DNA of 64,000 bases, taken from the human T2T-CHM13v2.0 reference genome, Homo sapiens. Shown here one piece after another: positions 1-14,859 of this stretch. The stretch lies in assembly GCF_009914755.1 (NCBI RefSeq), contig NC_060933.1; one strand, given 5' to 3'. Position 1 is the first letter of the stretch. Every line of letters begins with the position of its first letter. Position numbers and translations under genes: made by a program. The notes below the pieces were generated by a model, which made no database searches, was not told where the DNA came from, and saw only the letters and a program-made list of their open reading frames with translations.

Positions 1-1377
1 TCTTCTGAAAACCCATACTCATAGTGCGTGATTATCCATTAAGACAAGGTGATGGAATGTGTGAATACAGCTGAGGAGACACCACAAGGCAAACGCTCAA
101 TGGTTCCCATTAATATTGGGGAAATCAACATTATAATACAGAAAACCATAGGCATTATTTAATATTTGGTTTTGGAAGGTATTTTTAGTGACACTGCATA
201 CAGTTGTACCTAATAATTGCAAAATTACAGATGTAAAAATAAAACAAAGGCACATTGTGTTTGAGTAGGAAATCTGTAGACGTCTAGCTGGTTTTCTATT
301 CCAGGCCCAAAATTCTAAATATAATCATGGTACCCGCACACAAATTTATGTTAAATACCAACTTCAATGAAATTACTCTTTCTCCTCATTCTCTTTGTTA
401 TTTATATGTTGCTTTCCTTAAGGGAAGAATACAAATGCCTTGCTAAGAAGCATTTTGTTTGGTTGTAGGCTGCATAAAGGGAGTAAACACAAAGTACATT
501 TGACCACAAAATGACTTTTTAAAAGCCAGAACTATGGTAGCATGAAGCCAACTGAGGTAATCTAGAATAAAATTTTCTATGTTTGTTTCCCTTCTTTGCT
601 CTCTTTCTACTCTAATAAGTGCGATTCACAGAGATAATGAAGAGTATAATTCCCTGATAAAAACACAGCTCCAAGATTAATCCTTTCTTTAACTATGAAG
701 TTCGTGTGTCCAAAGTCTTGTAGTTGCTGTCTGATTTTTGATCACGAATGGTGATACAGATATTTATCATCAACTCACAACTTCCCAAATCTTTGAAAAG
801 TCTTACTATTGATGGTTCAACTAGTAGAAACATAATCTAAAATATCTGAAAATAAAGTTTTTATTAGAATGTAAATAGTAATACAAATTGTAGTAAGGTG
901 TAAAAGTTCTTTCTTCATTGAAGCAGGACCATGATGTCCTCTACCCCACAAACACACTACTCCCTCATGGTCTAATGTATCTTAAAAGTCCTGTAATTGC
1001 TATTAACTCAGACAAGTTTACTTAACTTGTTCTAAGCTCCTGTTATTTACTACAATTTACTTTATCACTCAACAATCTCTATTATATATGTTGTTTTCCA
1101 TGAGAAATTTTTTTATTAATAATTAGGATTCTTCAGGGATAAGAAAATATTTGAATAACTAAGTTTGTGCATAAACACATTAAGGTCAAATACCCATGAC
1201 AATATTGTGTGTTTCTGTGTACTAGAGACAAAAACTTCAAAAAAATTTTTAATGAATATACATTAAAAACTGCTTTCATTAAACTGAGATGATCTTCCCT
1301 CAATGCATGAATACCTTCAGAATTCACATAGACCAAAGAATTGTATAAAATATAATAGCCTTAAAAATCTTATTTGT

Positions 1378-1685
1378 ACCTGGCACAGTGGTTCCTGCCT
1401 GTAATCCCAGCATACTGGCAAGCTGAGGCAGGCAGATCACCTGAGATCAGGAGTTTGAGAGCAGCCTGGCCAACATGGTGAAACCCCATCTCTACTAAAA
1501 ATAGAGAATTTAGCAGGGTATGGTAGCACATGCAGGTAGTATCAGCTACTCGAGGGGCTGAGGCAGGAGAATTGCTTGAACCCGAGAGGCAGAGGTGGTA
1601 ATGAGTCAAGACCGAGCCACTGCACTGCAGCCTTGGTGACAGAGCAAGACTCTGTCTCAAAAACACAAACAAACAAACAAAACAC
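1378..1685 (+). mobile_element. AluS
   Basis: Dimeric Alu with CAAA tail. Confidence 0.9.
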
Positions 1686-3175
1686 CTAATTGTTCCCACA
1701 TAAGTCTATATTCACACAAGATCTGAAGAGTACACAACACCGTGAGACAGGACAGACATAAATTTTAAAAGTTATATTCCCGGTTTCTGTAAAAATAAAA
1801 CGGTTGAATTTAAGCTTTTAAGACAAGTCAAGGAAAAGAGCAAAAAATGCAAAAGTGAAACTTGAAAGGTCATTTTCCCATCAAGGGCTCATGATCCACT
1901 GGACATTCACAAACTATATTGTTCAAAACATTAGTTCTGAATTTTGATCTGAGTATCCCTGGAGTTGCAGTTTCATTCAAAGATGTCCAAGAGGTCAAAT
2001 AAGACAATATCATTTGCTATTTTCAGTTTTCTTTTCTGAGAACAGCACAACAAACTTCTTCAGAGAAATGAATTGCCCTAACTTCATAGGCTAAAGGCTC
2101 ATGAGTCACAGTACTAAGGGCATTTATAAAATATGGTGGTGCATGCTTGTATTCTGAACTTTTCAACTTTAAACTCTCATATAGTAAATATTAATAGATA
2201 CAAACTGATTAAAGAAAAGCCCACTTAATCTGACATTATTTTTATTTTTCTTTCTTTCTTCATTTATCAGCAACAGGAGAGTCTAACTAAATGTGGTAAA
2301 GTGGTATAAGGGAATACAATGAAAAGTGTAAAATGAATTAAACCAGAGATAATCATATCAATGTGGATACATCTGGAAAATATAATACAAAACACACCAA
2401 AGAAAGTGGCAGAAAGGTATGTAAAGTGTATAACCACTCACATACCATTTTGGGACACAAATAAAAAATTCTGCATATTATTTCTGAGCATCACAATATA
2501 GTTAAAGATTTCAAAAGGGCATTGAAATGAAAAACAACCAACTTATGATGTCAGTAGCCTCTATGCAATCATGTTTTAAAAACCTTAACACCAAAAAGTC
2601 TCAAAATCACCATTTTAAAAGACTGTGTCTACCAGTTATAAATGAATCATTACTTTCCTCATTTTTAATAGTCAAAGATACCACAAACACACACATACAC
2701 ACAGCTATATATACACCTACACACACAGTCTTGCTCATTAGAACATCTGATTGGCTTCAGATCATCAGTGTAATAACACTAGCAGCAAGCCTCTAAAGTT
2801 AAAACAGAATCTGACATGTTAATAAGTAAAGCTTTCCTCTAGGTAAAGTTCAGAACTCCAAGTAGCACTTAACTCATTGGAAATATCTTAAGAGTCTCAA
2901 AATTCACTGCTTTGAATCCCTGACAGGTATAAAAATTTTATACTGAAAACTTCATGCTATTCAAAACATTAAAAGAGAAACATCTGAGTTAAAGCTTACA
3001 TTTTTAAAATCTTTTTTATGCTTCTAAATTTATTTTTATTCAAATATGGATACCAACAATAACATTTATGTCAATGCCTTCCATTCAATTTTGAACAAAT
3101 AGAATTAGGAATAAGAATAATGTGAGTACTTCCAATCATTGAATGTACTTATTTCCAGTATTCCATTAAATGTAC

Positions 3176-3248
3176 CTGCTCTCAATGTCTGTACATTCTT
3201 TCTTTGTACTGCTCCTTTCACAGCAGGATCTTCCACTTCAGTGCTAGG
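3176..3248 (-). CDS. ANKRD20A: ANKRD20A exon 11 (PSTEVEDPAVKGAVQRKNVQTLRA); gene continues beyond window start
   Basis: 73 nt; cattcag|CCT ... G|gtacat; phases 0/1. Confidence 0.9.
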
Positions 3249-3339
3249 CTGAATGGGTTTTAAAAGAAAATGATTCATAAATCATATATATTTTATACAA
3301 CATGGAGTTAGTGATTCAAAAATATACATAATTAATTAC

Positions 3340-3368
3340 CTTCAAGGAAGGATGTTTTGCAGGAGGCC
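3340..3368 (-). CDS. ANKRD20A: ANKRD20A exon 10 (GPPAKHPSLK)
   Basis: 29 nt; ttgtag|GG ... AAG|gtaatt; phases 1/0. Confidence 0.9.
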
Positions 3369-4794
3369 CTACAAAGCAAAGGGGATATGTCATCAATTAT
3401 ATGTAAGTATGACAGGGCCAACCAAACATTCATGCAGTGGTACTATCGAGCTGAATTCTCATGCCTGGCTATAAAAATAATTACTTAAGGTTTTGAGGGT
3501 TCTTCTTGGCATCTTTTCATTGCCTAGGATGGCAACATGACAGAAACATAATGAGGAAAATAGGAATATAGGATTCCTAAAATGCACAGTTTACATTTCA
3601 GTAGTGAGATTATGTTTCAAATGCCTATACCTAAAATAGAAAAGCATGGATATCACCGTGAACACGTGGACTGATGAGGAGAAAAGGGACCATTAAACAG
3701 AGGAGCAAATCAAACATGAGGGAATCGACGTCAAAGCTGATGGTGAATGTACAGAGTATTTTAACTCAACACAGCAGAGGCATTGCTGCCAGCATGCCAC
3801 AAACAAATTCCCCTTGTCTTGTCACTGAGGAAATACACAGTTGGGATGACAGTTCAGGTGAATGTGTGATTCACCTCTCATCAAAGAAAGTGTTCTACAT
3901 TGATCAGCTAGTATACACACTTATGAAATGACAGCTAATCAAACTACTCATTTTCCCATGATCACATGGGCTACTGCAGTACCTACATTTCTCCTATCCC
4001 CTCATTTGGCCTTGAGTTAGAGCTCCTTGATCCACTCATGCAAGGCGGTCCATAAAACACATAAAATAAACCATGTCGAATAAGCTTCCGATATCAAAAT
4101 ATTTATCAAAAAAGAAAACACTGAATTACCACAGACTTGCTGGATATGAATACATATTTATATTTCAAAATCAGTGCAGTATTTATTGAAAAAGAGAATT
4201 TTGGTATTCACAGAATGAATTTTGTAATATCAAAAAAAATTAGCCAAAGCATCTATATGCAACTTAATCACATCTTATTCACTCATGTCAGTGAAACTTC
4301 TCTCTCTGAGGCCTGACAGTTATCAAGTGAAATGAGCTGCTGTGGTTTACCGCAACTCTAGCACTCCCTCCTGCCTCCAGTACTCTCCACAGCAATAACC
4401 TCTTTTGTGAGACTGGACATATGCTGAAGCAACTGGAAGTGAGTTGTCTCAAGTTTACTTGGCTTCAACTCCCAAGACCCCAGCAAATGTCTTTCTTTCC
4501 TCCCTCCGTGTCCTTTCACAATCCCTCTCCCTTTGAAAAAGTGATTTTTAGAACTGTCATCCTGATGCTTCCCTTCCTAACTGCTTTTTATGGATAATTG
4601 TGACCACTTTTTTCATCTGTATTCAGCAGTAGTATACACCTGTAATCTCTCTGTTTTCATCTCATTCTCCTTCCCCTGTGGCTAGAATCATGCTCAGAAA
4701 TAAAAGGAAATTAATGCTTTCCCTGGATTCTGTTATTTTTTAAATTGCTCTCCAAAGGTTCTTTTTCCAGAGTTCTCTAAAGGAAGGCTATTCC

Positions 4795-4940
4795 CTTGCT
4801 ATTCAGAGCTGTGTCCAAGGACCAGCACCAAAAATCACCTGAGTACTCATGAGAAATGCAGACTCCCATACCTGCTGAATCAGAATGTGCACCTTCCAGA
4901 AGCTCCTCAACTCATTCATGACAATTTGAATGCCCTGTTC
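4795..4940. mobile_element. MER5A-like hAT element
   Basis: ggaccagca..atcacctg..gagaaatgcagactccc..acctgctgaatcagaa. Confidence 0.55.
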
Positions 4941-5692
4941 TACACTGATGTGCTTCCATATTGGTTTCCCCTAATTGCCCTTTTGGCCTAGCCTCAATTT
5001 CTTCCCTATTATGTCCCTCAATTTAATACTACATTATAAGCCATAATGTTTCTAATGAACTTTTAATCAGGCAATAACTTCTCGAATTAATTTCTTCTCC
5101 ATACATCACCCAACACTATTCAATTATGTTAATTTGGCCTATATGATACTATCCTATGAGGTTACAACATTTTCTATAAAAACAAATTATAGCCATACAT
5201 GGCTGACCATTTTTGGTGATGTTCATCTATGGTAGATAAAACACAGGTCTGTGTGGGGAGGTGCCTCAATCCTTAATGCCTCCCCAGTAGTGAGGATGAC
5301 AGCAAGAGAAGGAAAATGTTACTGTAATTCTCTGACACATTTTGGTACTGGAAGCTCACTTTATCTTCTTTCCTGTTTCTAACACCATGTTCTTCCTTCT
5401 TCTACAGATCAATTTGCCTTTACTATCCTCTCTTACTTACCTCTGCATATGCTTTTTTATTTATTCCATGTACACTCCGCTCTCCTCATTCTTTCTTTCT
5501 CTTTATTCATTTCCTCTTCCCTCTCTCCTGACTTGCCTCAGGTCTTGGAGTATCTTAAAATGGAACTCACAACTCAGCTCCTTTAGTGGTACTCCCAATA
5601 GAATCAACTGCTGACCCTTGGTTAGAGACACAACTTATCACCATTTCACTTCTCCTTTACTTATTATACAGTTAATAGGACACTTTCTTTAG

Positions 5693-6047
<355 letters not shown>

Positions 6048-6085
6048 TCCATCAAAAGACTTTTTAAATAAAATACGGTTCTCAC

Positions 6086-6170
6086 CTTCTCCTTGTCCAT
6101 TGACTATTCTGTTTCCTTTTTCATGCGAAGATCCAGGTAAAGGCTCTGACACTTTCTCGGGGACACACTG
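6086..6170 (-). CDS. ANKRD20A: ANKRD20A exon 9 (QCVPEKVSEPLPGSSHEKGNRIVNGQGE)
   Basis: 85 nt; ccttag|CAG ... G|gtgaga; peptide visible in ORF 5928..6152; phases 0/1. Confidence 0.9.
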
Positions 6171-6244
6171 CTAAGGTAATATCAAGAATTAGTTTCCATT
6201 TTAAAATTATAATGAGTTGCATCAAGAGTTTCTTATCAATCTCT

Positions 6245-6539
6245 TTTTATGAAACTGGGTCTCACTCTGTCAACCCAGGGCTAGAATGCAGGGGCCTGAT
6301 TATGGCTCACTGTTGTCTCAAACTCCTGACCTCAAGCAATCTTCCCACCTCAACTTCCTGAATAGCTGGAACTACAGGTGCGTCCCTTCATGCCATGCTA
6401 ATGTTTTTATTGTTATCTTTGCAGAGACAAGGCCTCATTATACTGCCCAGGCTGGTCTCAAACTCCTGGGCTCAAGTAAATCTTCCACTTCTGCCTCCCA
6501 AAGTGTTGAGATAAGCAGTGTGCACCACCACACCCGGCC
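6245..6539 (-). mobile_element. AluJ
   Basis: Diverged dimeric Alu; ctcctgggctcaag. Confidence 0.85.
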
Positions 6540-6555
6540 CTAATCAATTTCTTTA

Positions 6556-6920
<365 letters not shown>

Positions 6921-7241
6921 TCAATGAAATATGAGCTTAAGCCAAGAAAGAAAAGAAACAACATGAAGTACAATAAAGTACATGGGGAAATAGATCTATA
7001 ACAGAGCCTTTTGCTCTTTCATATCCCTGATAATACTAATTAATATTTATGCTACAATTAGTTTTTTGTAAGTACTTCTGTGATACAGTTTATTACTATA
7101 AGACATTCAATTAGCTAAATATGGTCATCGACCACTACCTGAAAGAACATTATTATAACCCAGAGAGAAAACTAGAACTTTCAATCAACTTTCCACCCAG
7201 AAAAAAATTGGTCACCAGAATTCTAAAGAGTAACATATGGC

Positions 7242-8012
7242 AGACACATGAAAAAATGCTCATCATCACTGGCCATCAGAGAAATGCAAATCAAAACCAC
7301 AATGAGATACCATCTCACACCAGTTACAATGACGATCATTAAAAAGTCAGGAACCCACAGGTGCTGGAGAGGATGTGGAGAAATAGGAGTACTTTTACAC
7401 TGTTGGTGGGACTGTAAACTAGTTCATCCTTTGAGGAAGACAGTATGGTGATTCCTCAAGGATCTAGAACTAGAAATACCATTTGACCCAGCCATCCCAT
7501 CACTGGGTATATACCCAAAGGATTATAAATCATGCTGCTATAAAGACACATGCACACGTATGTTTATTGCGGCACTATTTACAATAGCAAAGACTTGGAA
7601 CCAACCCAAATGTCCATCAATGATAGACTGGATTAAGACAATGTGGCACATATACACCATGGAATACTATGCAGCCATAAAAAAGGATGAGTTCATGTCC
7701 TTTGTAGGGACATGGATGAAGCTGGAAACCATCATTCTGAGCAAACTATCGCAAGGACAAAAAACCAAACACTGCATGTTCTCACTCATAGGTGGAAATT
7801 GAACAATGAGAACACTTGGACACAGGATGGGGAACATCACACACTGGGGCCTGTCGTGGGGCGGACAAGGGGGGGAGGGATAGCATTAGGAGATATACCT
7901 AATGTAAATGATGAGTTAATGGGTGCAGCACACCAACATGGCACGTGTATACACACGTAACAAACCCACACATTGTGCACATGTAACCTAGAACTTACAG
8001 TATAAGAATAAT
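7242..8012 (+). mobile_element. 5'-truncated L1PA (approx. L1PA4-5): ORF2 C-terminus plus 3'UTR
   Basis: ORFs 7248 and 7560 give ORF2p peptides ([21 protein letters not shown]); 17-bp TSD 7225-7241 / 8013-8029. Confidence 0.95.
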
Positions 8013-8377
8013 AAAGAGTAATGTATGGCTTGAAAACGTATATTTAATAGAACATGAGTTAGAGCTAATAAAAAGCTTAAGAAATGTTAATCTAAAATCT
8101 CAATGTTAAGATTCCAGTTGAATGATACTAGAAAATATATTGTAACCCTATTTGCTACTGATGACCTATTTCTATTTTATTTCCTTTTTAATTATGGCAT
8201 AATTTCTCAACATAACATATCAAAACTTATACACCCTTAAATATTAAAAAATACAATGTAAGCAATATTTTAAATACAATATTTAATTATTAGATACATT
8301 AGGTTTATTATATTAATTATAACATTCCATTATATAAAAATTCATTTGTCTATTTATTCAGATTAAACAACTATTAA

Positions 8378-8670
8378 GGCTGAATGTCTTATGCCTGTAA
8401 CCCAGCACTTTGAGAGGCTGAGGCAGGCAGAACACTTGAGCCCAACAGTTAAAGACCAGCCTGGGCAACAAGGCAAAACCCTGTCTCTACAAAACTCAGC
8501 TGAGCATGGTGACACAGGTCTATGGTGACATAGCTCTATTGTTTAAACTACTTGGATGGCTGAGGTGTGAGGATCACCTGAGCCCAGGAAATGGAGATTG
8601 GAGTGAGCCAAGATCTCACCAGTGCCCTCCAGCCTGGGGGACAGAGTGAAACCCCATCTCAAAAAACAAC
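8378..8670 (+). mobile_element. AluJ
   Basis: Diverged dimeric Alu. Confidence 0.8.
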
Positions 8671-8831
8671 AACTAAAATGCTTCTTACATGGAATACTGT
8701 ATTCTAGGTACTCCAGGATACACACAAATATGTTTACTGACCTCCAGTAGCTTATGGTATGCAGGAGCTTCCAATGATTATTTAAACAACTAAATAGAAA
8801 ACCTTCTGAAATTCAAAATTTCAGAATATGA

Positions 8832-9168
<337 letters not shown>

Positions 9169-10112
9169 GTGAAGTAAATATTTTAAATAAACTACAATGA
9201 CAAAATTATGATGATAAAGTCTTACCATCCATTGGTATTAAGAGACTCTGCTTCTAGAACTGGTTATTTGCAGCAAAATACATGTTATTCAATTAGATGA
9301 AGTGCCTTATATAAACTCTTCATAGACAACTCATAAACCACACAAAAATTCCTTTGCAATACACATTTTGAGAACATAAATTTAAATTTCTATATTTCCA
9401 AAATTTATATTTTTAAATCAGATACGATGTTGCCCAGGCTGTTCTCAAACTCCTGGGTTCAAGCAATCTTCCTGCCTCAAATTCCCAAGTAGCAGGGACT
9501 ACAGGTGTACACCACCACACTCAGTTATTTTTCTACAATTTTTAATTTTTTTGTCTCACTACAGAACCAATAATATAAGCAGAAAAACAATCTCTCGTAA
9601 AAACAATATGATACCAAAATAATAAGTTTCCAAGAACAAAAGCTATATGCTATGTGCTGAATATTCTTGCCACTAAAAATCACCAGGAGGATCCCATGAT
9701 TACTGCAAATAATTTAATCCACTGAAGATTTATACAGGCATAAATATTAAGAAAGTCACACTCGTATGATTTAAAAGTCAAAGTATTAGTATTTATCCAA
9801 ATAAACCTTAAGCAAATTTCATATTTCCTCTATTGGAGAAAGCATTTCCTAATGTGATTTTCCTGTCACTACTAATTTTCCAGTTCATTTTTTTTCAGCT
9901 CCCACCCTGTCACAGTACTTATCAATCTTTGTTAGTTACCAAAGTTAAACACATTTTTTGAATCAACTAGCCATATGTATGTTTTTCTCTGACCAACTTT
10001 CCATTACCACCATAAAACAATGATAGGTAAACCACTGCTAAATTTGAAAAGTAAATACTATGCAAAAGTACATTCAGAGTGAGAAAATTAATTTTACAAG
10101 AGACCACTTTAC

Positions 10113-10182
10113 CTTAGTAGCAACATTCAAGTCTTTGTCATCCGATGCAGGCAATGAATCCACACGCAGTTCATGGAAAATG
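10113..10182 (-). CDS. ANKRD20A: ANKRD20A exon 8 (IFHELRVDSLPASDDKDLNVATK)
   Basis: 70 nt; ctctcaag|C ... AAG|gtaaag; phases 2/0. Confidence 0.9.
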
Positions 10183-12868
10183 CTTGAGAGCAAAAACACA
10201 CAACGAAAATGAGCAAGTTGATTTCTTTACAATTTTTTTAACTGCCAGTTTATATCCAGCTTCCCCCTCAAAAAAGGAAACCATAATCTAGGGAAAGGTC
10301 AGCAATCTATATATTAAATAGTGATTCTTGATATAATTAAAATATGTCCTCTTCTAAAAATAGATTTTAGTTACCTATTTCTGCCTCCACTTGTCTAAAT
10401 CTATAAAATATTCAATGAAAACTAACCTTGAGCTTTATAACAAATAGTGACAGTCAATAAATTGGCAGAGCCTGACAATGATTTGCCCTCACAAATTATC
10501 TGTCCTGAAGCTGAACTTAAAATTCAATTAATGGATGACATAAATTTTGTTACCTAAACTGGAAGAAAACTAATAACCTAAAACAAGGTAGAAAGATCCA
10601 CTGTCTCTTTTCCATGATCTGTCTCTGGATAAAAGACTAATCTGCATCACTTCAATATGGCAGTCTTGATTCCTCAGCATGGAACCCACTTAGGAAGGTC
10701 CTATTGCTTTCCTTTGCCCTAAATCAGTACAGGAAAGCCCCTACAATATTTGAAATGTATGAAAGCTAAATGTACAGAAGTCAAATAACAAAGGTGTATG
10801 TTCTTATTGAGAATACTTTTCCCAGAAAGATTGAAATATTAACAATTATAAAATCCCATTATTTTCACCCTATAGGTCCTACCTTACTCAGGTCCACATA
10901 AACTAGCAAGCCCTTAAAACTTTTCATAGGCACTCAGACACCCAAGGAGAGAGACTGTCAGAAAAAAACAGAGTCCTGGTAGGTGTACCTCTATTTCCCT
11001 AAGTACTCTCTAAGTATCTGTCTTCCTATGGGCTCCCACTTCCAGATTCCACTTCTGCAGGGCTCCACAGAAGTCTCCAATCTTTAAATCTTCAGTCTAT
11101 GAAAGCACAGATTCCTGAAAGGATGGCCTCAAATGACCAGGACTAGGAGCTCTCTATATCCCTGCTCCTGAAAAACAAGCTAACTGGAGTCTCCATCACC
11201 TGCCCCCAGCTAGACACACTACCAACTACCCAACTGAAATCCATGACTGATTTGCCAGCCAATCATGCCCCTGACCCAGCCCACATGGACATGGGAAGGA
11301 CATCAGTGAATCGGGAAAAGAGGCAGAGGTGAGGAGACACCTGTACTGGGCCACAGATCTATGTAGTTCAGCAATCTCCAGCCCCTTAGTACTCCAGGGG
11401 CTCTAAGCCACCCCTTTCTAAGTCAGGATGGAAGTAGATGACACCACATTTCTATCTGCTGCAGACGCTCCTCCCAGTGTCTCAAAATGTTTTAGCATCT
11501 TTCAGTAAAAATCTTCAAGTTTGTCAGTCCTTGATTTAAAAAAAAGCAGCAAACTTTTTAGAGCTCCCTTGAACCTTCTATTTTAATGTGCCTTCGTAGA
11601 TAATTCCCAACATCTTGTGTCCTTCATTTTTATAATTTATCTTTATCAAACTTGTCATAAACCCCAATATTTTGATCTCTTATAGAAGAGTCTGTACTCC
11701 TATCCAATCTAGTGTTGTTTATCTTCAAACTTGGACTTCCCCTGCTCATTCCATTCTTATCTACTTCCATTGGGTTCCCCAGCTAATTCCATTCTCATTC
11801 TACCCACAGACTCACTCCTGTTTGTATTATTAAAACACACGCCAATAGGATATAAAAAGAAGCAAGAGTACTGGGCTTTAACATGAGTTCAAATCTCATT
11901 TCTGCCAATTCCTATGTCTAAAAAAAAGCATCCTAAACTCTTTGAGCCTCACATTCTCTATCTAGAGAATCATTTGACCAGAATGTTCAACACAGGTAAA
12001 AATACTAGAAGGTATTTTAATTCATTCCAAGATTCCTTAAAATTCTGTAATTCTATGTCCTCTTGATTCTGTCTATAGAAAAACTTAGAATACATAGCCA
12101 GCAGAGTTTGAAAAAATAATAGAACAAAAGAAATACCAAGAAAAGCAGAGAAGAAAGTTTTAAAAAATGAAGGCAAGATTATAGAAAAGTCACGGAAAAA
12201 GCAACAAGACTAAAAAATGTATTATGGAAGTAAGCAGAAATACTTGCCTAAATGGAAAACCAAACTGGGAAGTCAAATAATTTGTCTCTAAGACTTGCCT
12301 AAACTTACTTTTGTAAAACTTACACCCCTATGGCAAAGCTAAGTAAGATCTGCCCTAGAGCCTTTGATGGTAAGAATAAGATACTGGTTACCACTGAAAT
12401 TGTCAAATTTATTAGGACAAACTCTTGGACTAACCACATTCTAATGATAAACTTAAATGAGAGTTCAAGGTATTTAAACTCTCATTAATTTAGACATTAA
12501 TCAAATTAATCAATCTGATTAATCTGATTCAGACCTATACCTTGATCCAAGGGCTGCACAGATATCTGTCAATCTATGCTGAGGAGCAAGAGACAGGATT
12601 TGGAAGGCAGGCAGGCTGATGGTCAAACTGTAGGCCAGCTACTTTGTTAACTATGGGATCATGAGGCAATTAATCAGCTCTAATCCATAGTTGTTTATTT
12701 AATAAACAGTAGGTTATAGGAACACAGATGTTGTGATGGCTTTATGAGATGATAAATGCATAGAACATATTAGGATGTCTAGCCCAGAATACAACACTCA
12801 ACAGATACTCGTTTCTTCCATCTATATTTTCTTAGTTAACATAATTTTTTAAATCTATAAAATCCTAC

Positions 12869-12899
12869 CTGACTGCAGATTCATCAGAACTTCCAACAT
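12869..12899 (-). CDS. ANKRD20A: ANKRD20A exon 7 (DVGSSDESAVS)
   Basis: 31 nt; ttaatag|AT ... AG|gtagga; phases 1/2; matches recalled protein. Confidence 0.88.
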
Positions 12900-13490
12900 C
12901 TATTAAAGAAAAAGGTAAAATGCATTTTAAATCAATAACAAATGTACAGAATATTAAAAGCATAAGAATGCACAGTGATGCATCCCTCTAATCCAAACTA
13001 CTTGGGAGGCTGAGGCAGGAGGATCACTTGAGGAGCCCAGAAGTTTGAGACCAGCTTGGGAAACATAGTAAGACTCTACCTTCATAAAAAAATTGTGCAC
13101 ACTTGTATGTATGCTTTAGATCCTGTTTTTTGTTGTTGTTGTTTTTGTTTTGGTTTGGTTTGGTTTTTTAAAGCATAAGACTGATGCTTTGTTACAAAGC
13201 ATTCCTTTGGGAGCATGCCTGGGACCTTATTAGAATTAACATTCGTTATACATATTGGTAGGTAATTAACGCAGTAAGAACTCTTCCCTTTGTATTTATT
13301 AGATGCAAAGAAGAATAAATTTATTAAAATTTGGTATCTACAAGTGAACTGCAGTATGCAAGTCATCTTAGCCAAACCCTATGAGGTTGAGTAAAAATGG
13401 TATTGTTAGCAGAACAGGTGTGATGAGTCAACAGTGTCAAAGAGCATGATTTCTGGACCAAAATATGAGGCGCCATTAAAACAGAGTACA

Positions 13491-13834
13491 CAGTAGTACC
13501 CCTTATCCACTATACGTGCAGAAAGACATACTTGACACATTTTTCTCTGCTGTCACACCACAGCAACAATCATCAACAAAGAAGGCTTCTGTGACCAAAT
13601 GTGTGGAGGGTTTTTCCCCACCAACAAGCAAGCAATCATTCCTGCTGATGACACAATTCAATTCTCACACCTTATCTGCTGGTAACATCAGATTCAATTT
13701 AATTTATAAATTAAACTTTAGCATAGATATGTATGTATAGGGAAAAACAGTTTGTGATTCAGTACTATTCATGGTTTCATGCATCCACTTGGGGGTCTTG
13801 GAATGTATCTCCCACAGTTAAGGGGGAGCTACTG
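13491..13834 (+). mobile_element. MER44A-like Tigger element with an internal MER21-like LTR fragment (~13540-13690)
   Basis: TIRs cagtagtaccccttatcc / gttaagggggagctactg; middle has cttctgtgaccaaatgtgtgg typical of MER21. Confidence 0.6.
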
Positions 13835-14859
13835 CACTTATTTTGTTATAACACAACACAGCCTCTCTAGCTCTTCAGTTCAAACTGCTCAGTTTAGAAT
13901 AAAACACCCTAACACCAGATGTCAGCAAAACATAGGAATCAGACCAGAAACAGGAATCCTTGCAAAGACTTTCCAGCCGCTAGTGGAAAAGAGCTCAAAA
14001 GAGATCAATGTATTACTCTGGCTACTACTCTTTGGGGAAGGTGCTGGGTGGTTTACTTAGTTGTAGCTATTTGCTCTGCCCTACATATAGCAAGGCCCAA
14101 ATTCACCTGCCATTTTACCTCCCACAGAAAAACCACTGGAAAGATCACTCCTTTAAGAGCTTATACGCTAGGAACCACACCTCACATTCAGAGAGAAGCT
14201 GAAGAAACACCAGGGAGGTGTGGCAGGCTGCTGGACAGTACTATATGATGTGAAAAATATACAGAAAGAAAACCATCAATGCCCTTTTACTACCAGAATG
14301 TTCCAGTGCTTGCCCTTCTCCCTAGTAGGGGAAAAAAATTCTTTTTCACCTCACAGAAAGCAAAACTCTCTTGCTATCCCTCATGACAGAATCTAGTTGT
14401 AGGTGAGTCACATCATCATAATACAGGCTGTTGTCAACCTCATCCCTCAAAGGAAGAGGATCAGTGAGGAACCTATGTACTTACCTATAGCATTCACTGT
14501 CTGGTCTTATTTCCAACCAAAGGTAAGTATGAAAGACTTTGTGATTCCAGTTTTATAAAGTACAACCCCTTGCACTTGTCCCCTTCCATTGCTAGAGAGT
14601 CTATCTGGACCCACCTCACAGAGCAAGATGCTCCAGTTTGTGCTGTGTGGTACAGCATGGTGTCCTTTTCCTCAACCCTTTCTATTATGTGCCACATATC
14701 TATACAAATCATGTTTTCTAAGTATGTAAAGCATATATCATCAGAATATATCATTCTTTACAATGATAAAGAAGCAAAAGAAAAACAAAAGGACAAAGAA
14801 CATCTTAAATGACTACATTCAACTGCCATGGAGCTTTAATTTTTTAACTATTCAAAAAG

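Noticed and set aside
7248-7960. L1 ORF2-like ORFs
   Set aside because: Fragments of a 5'-truncated, stop-interrupted L1; cannot encode a functional RT.
9221-9260. Possible vestigial micro-exon ending GGATG|gtaag
   Set aside because: Poor polypyrimidine tract and not needed for the ANKRD20A frame; homology to an ANKRD26 exon not demonstrable by eye.
13779-14260. Three overlapping plus-strand ORFs that might be a processed pseudogene
   Set aside because: No parent protein recognised, and no poly(A) or TSD seen; TBLASTX would be needed.
14479-14490. Perfect minus-strand donor TAG|gtaagt in intron 6
   Set aside because: No convincing partner acceptor or reading frame found; isolated consensus donors are common.
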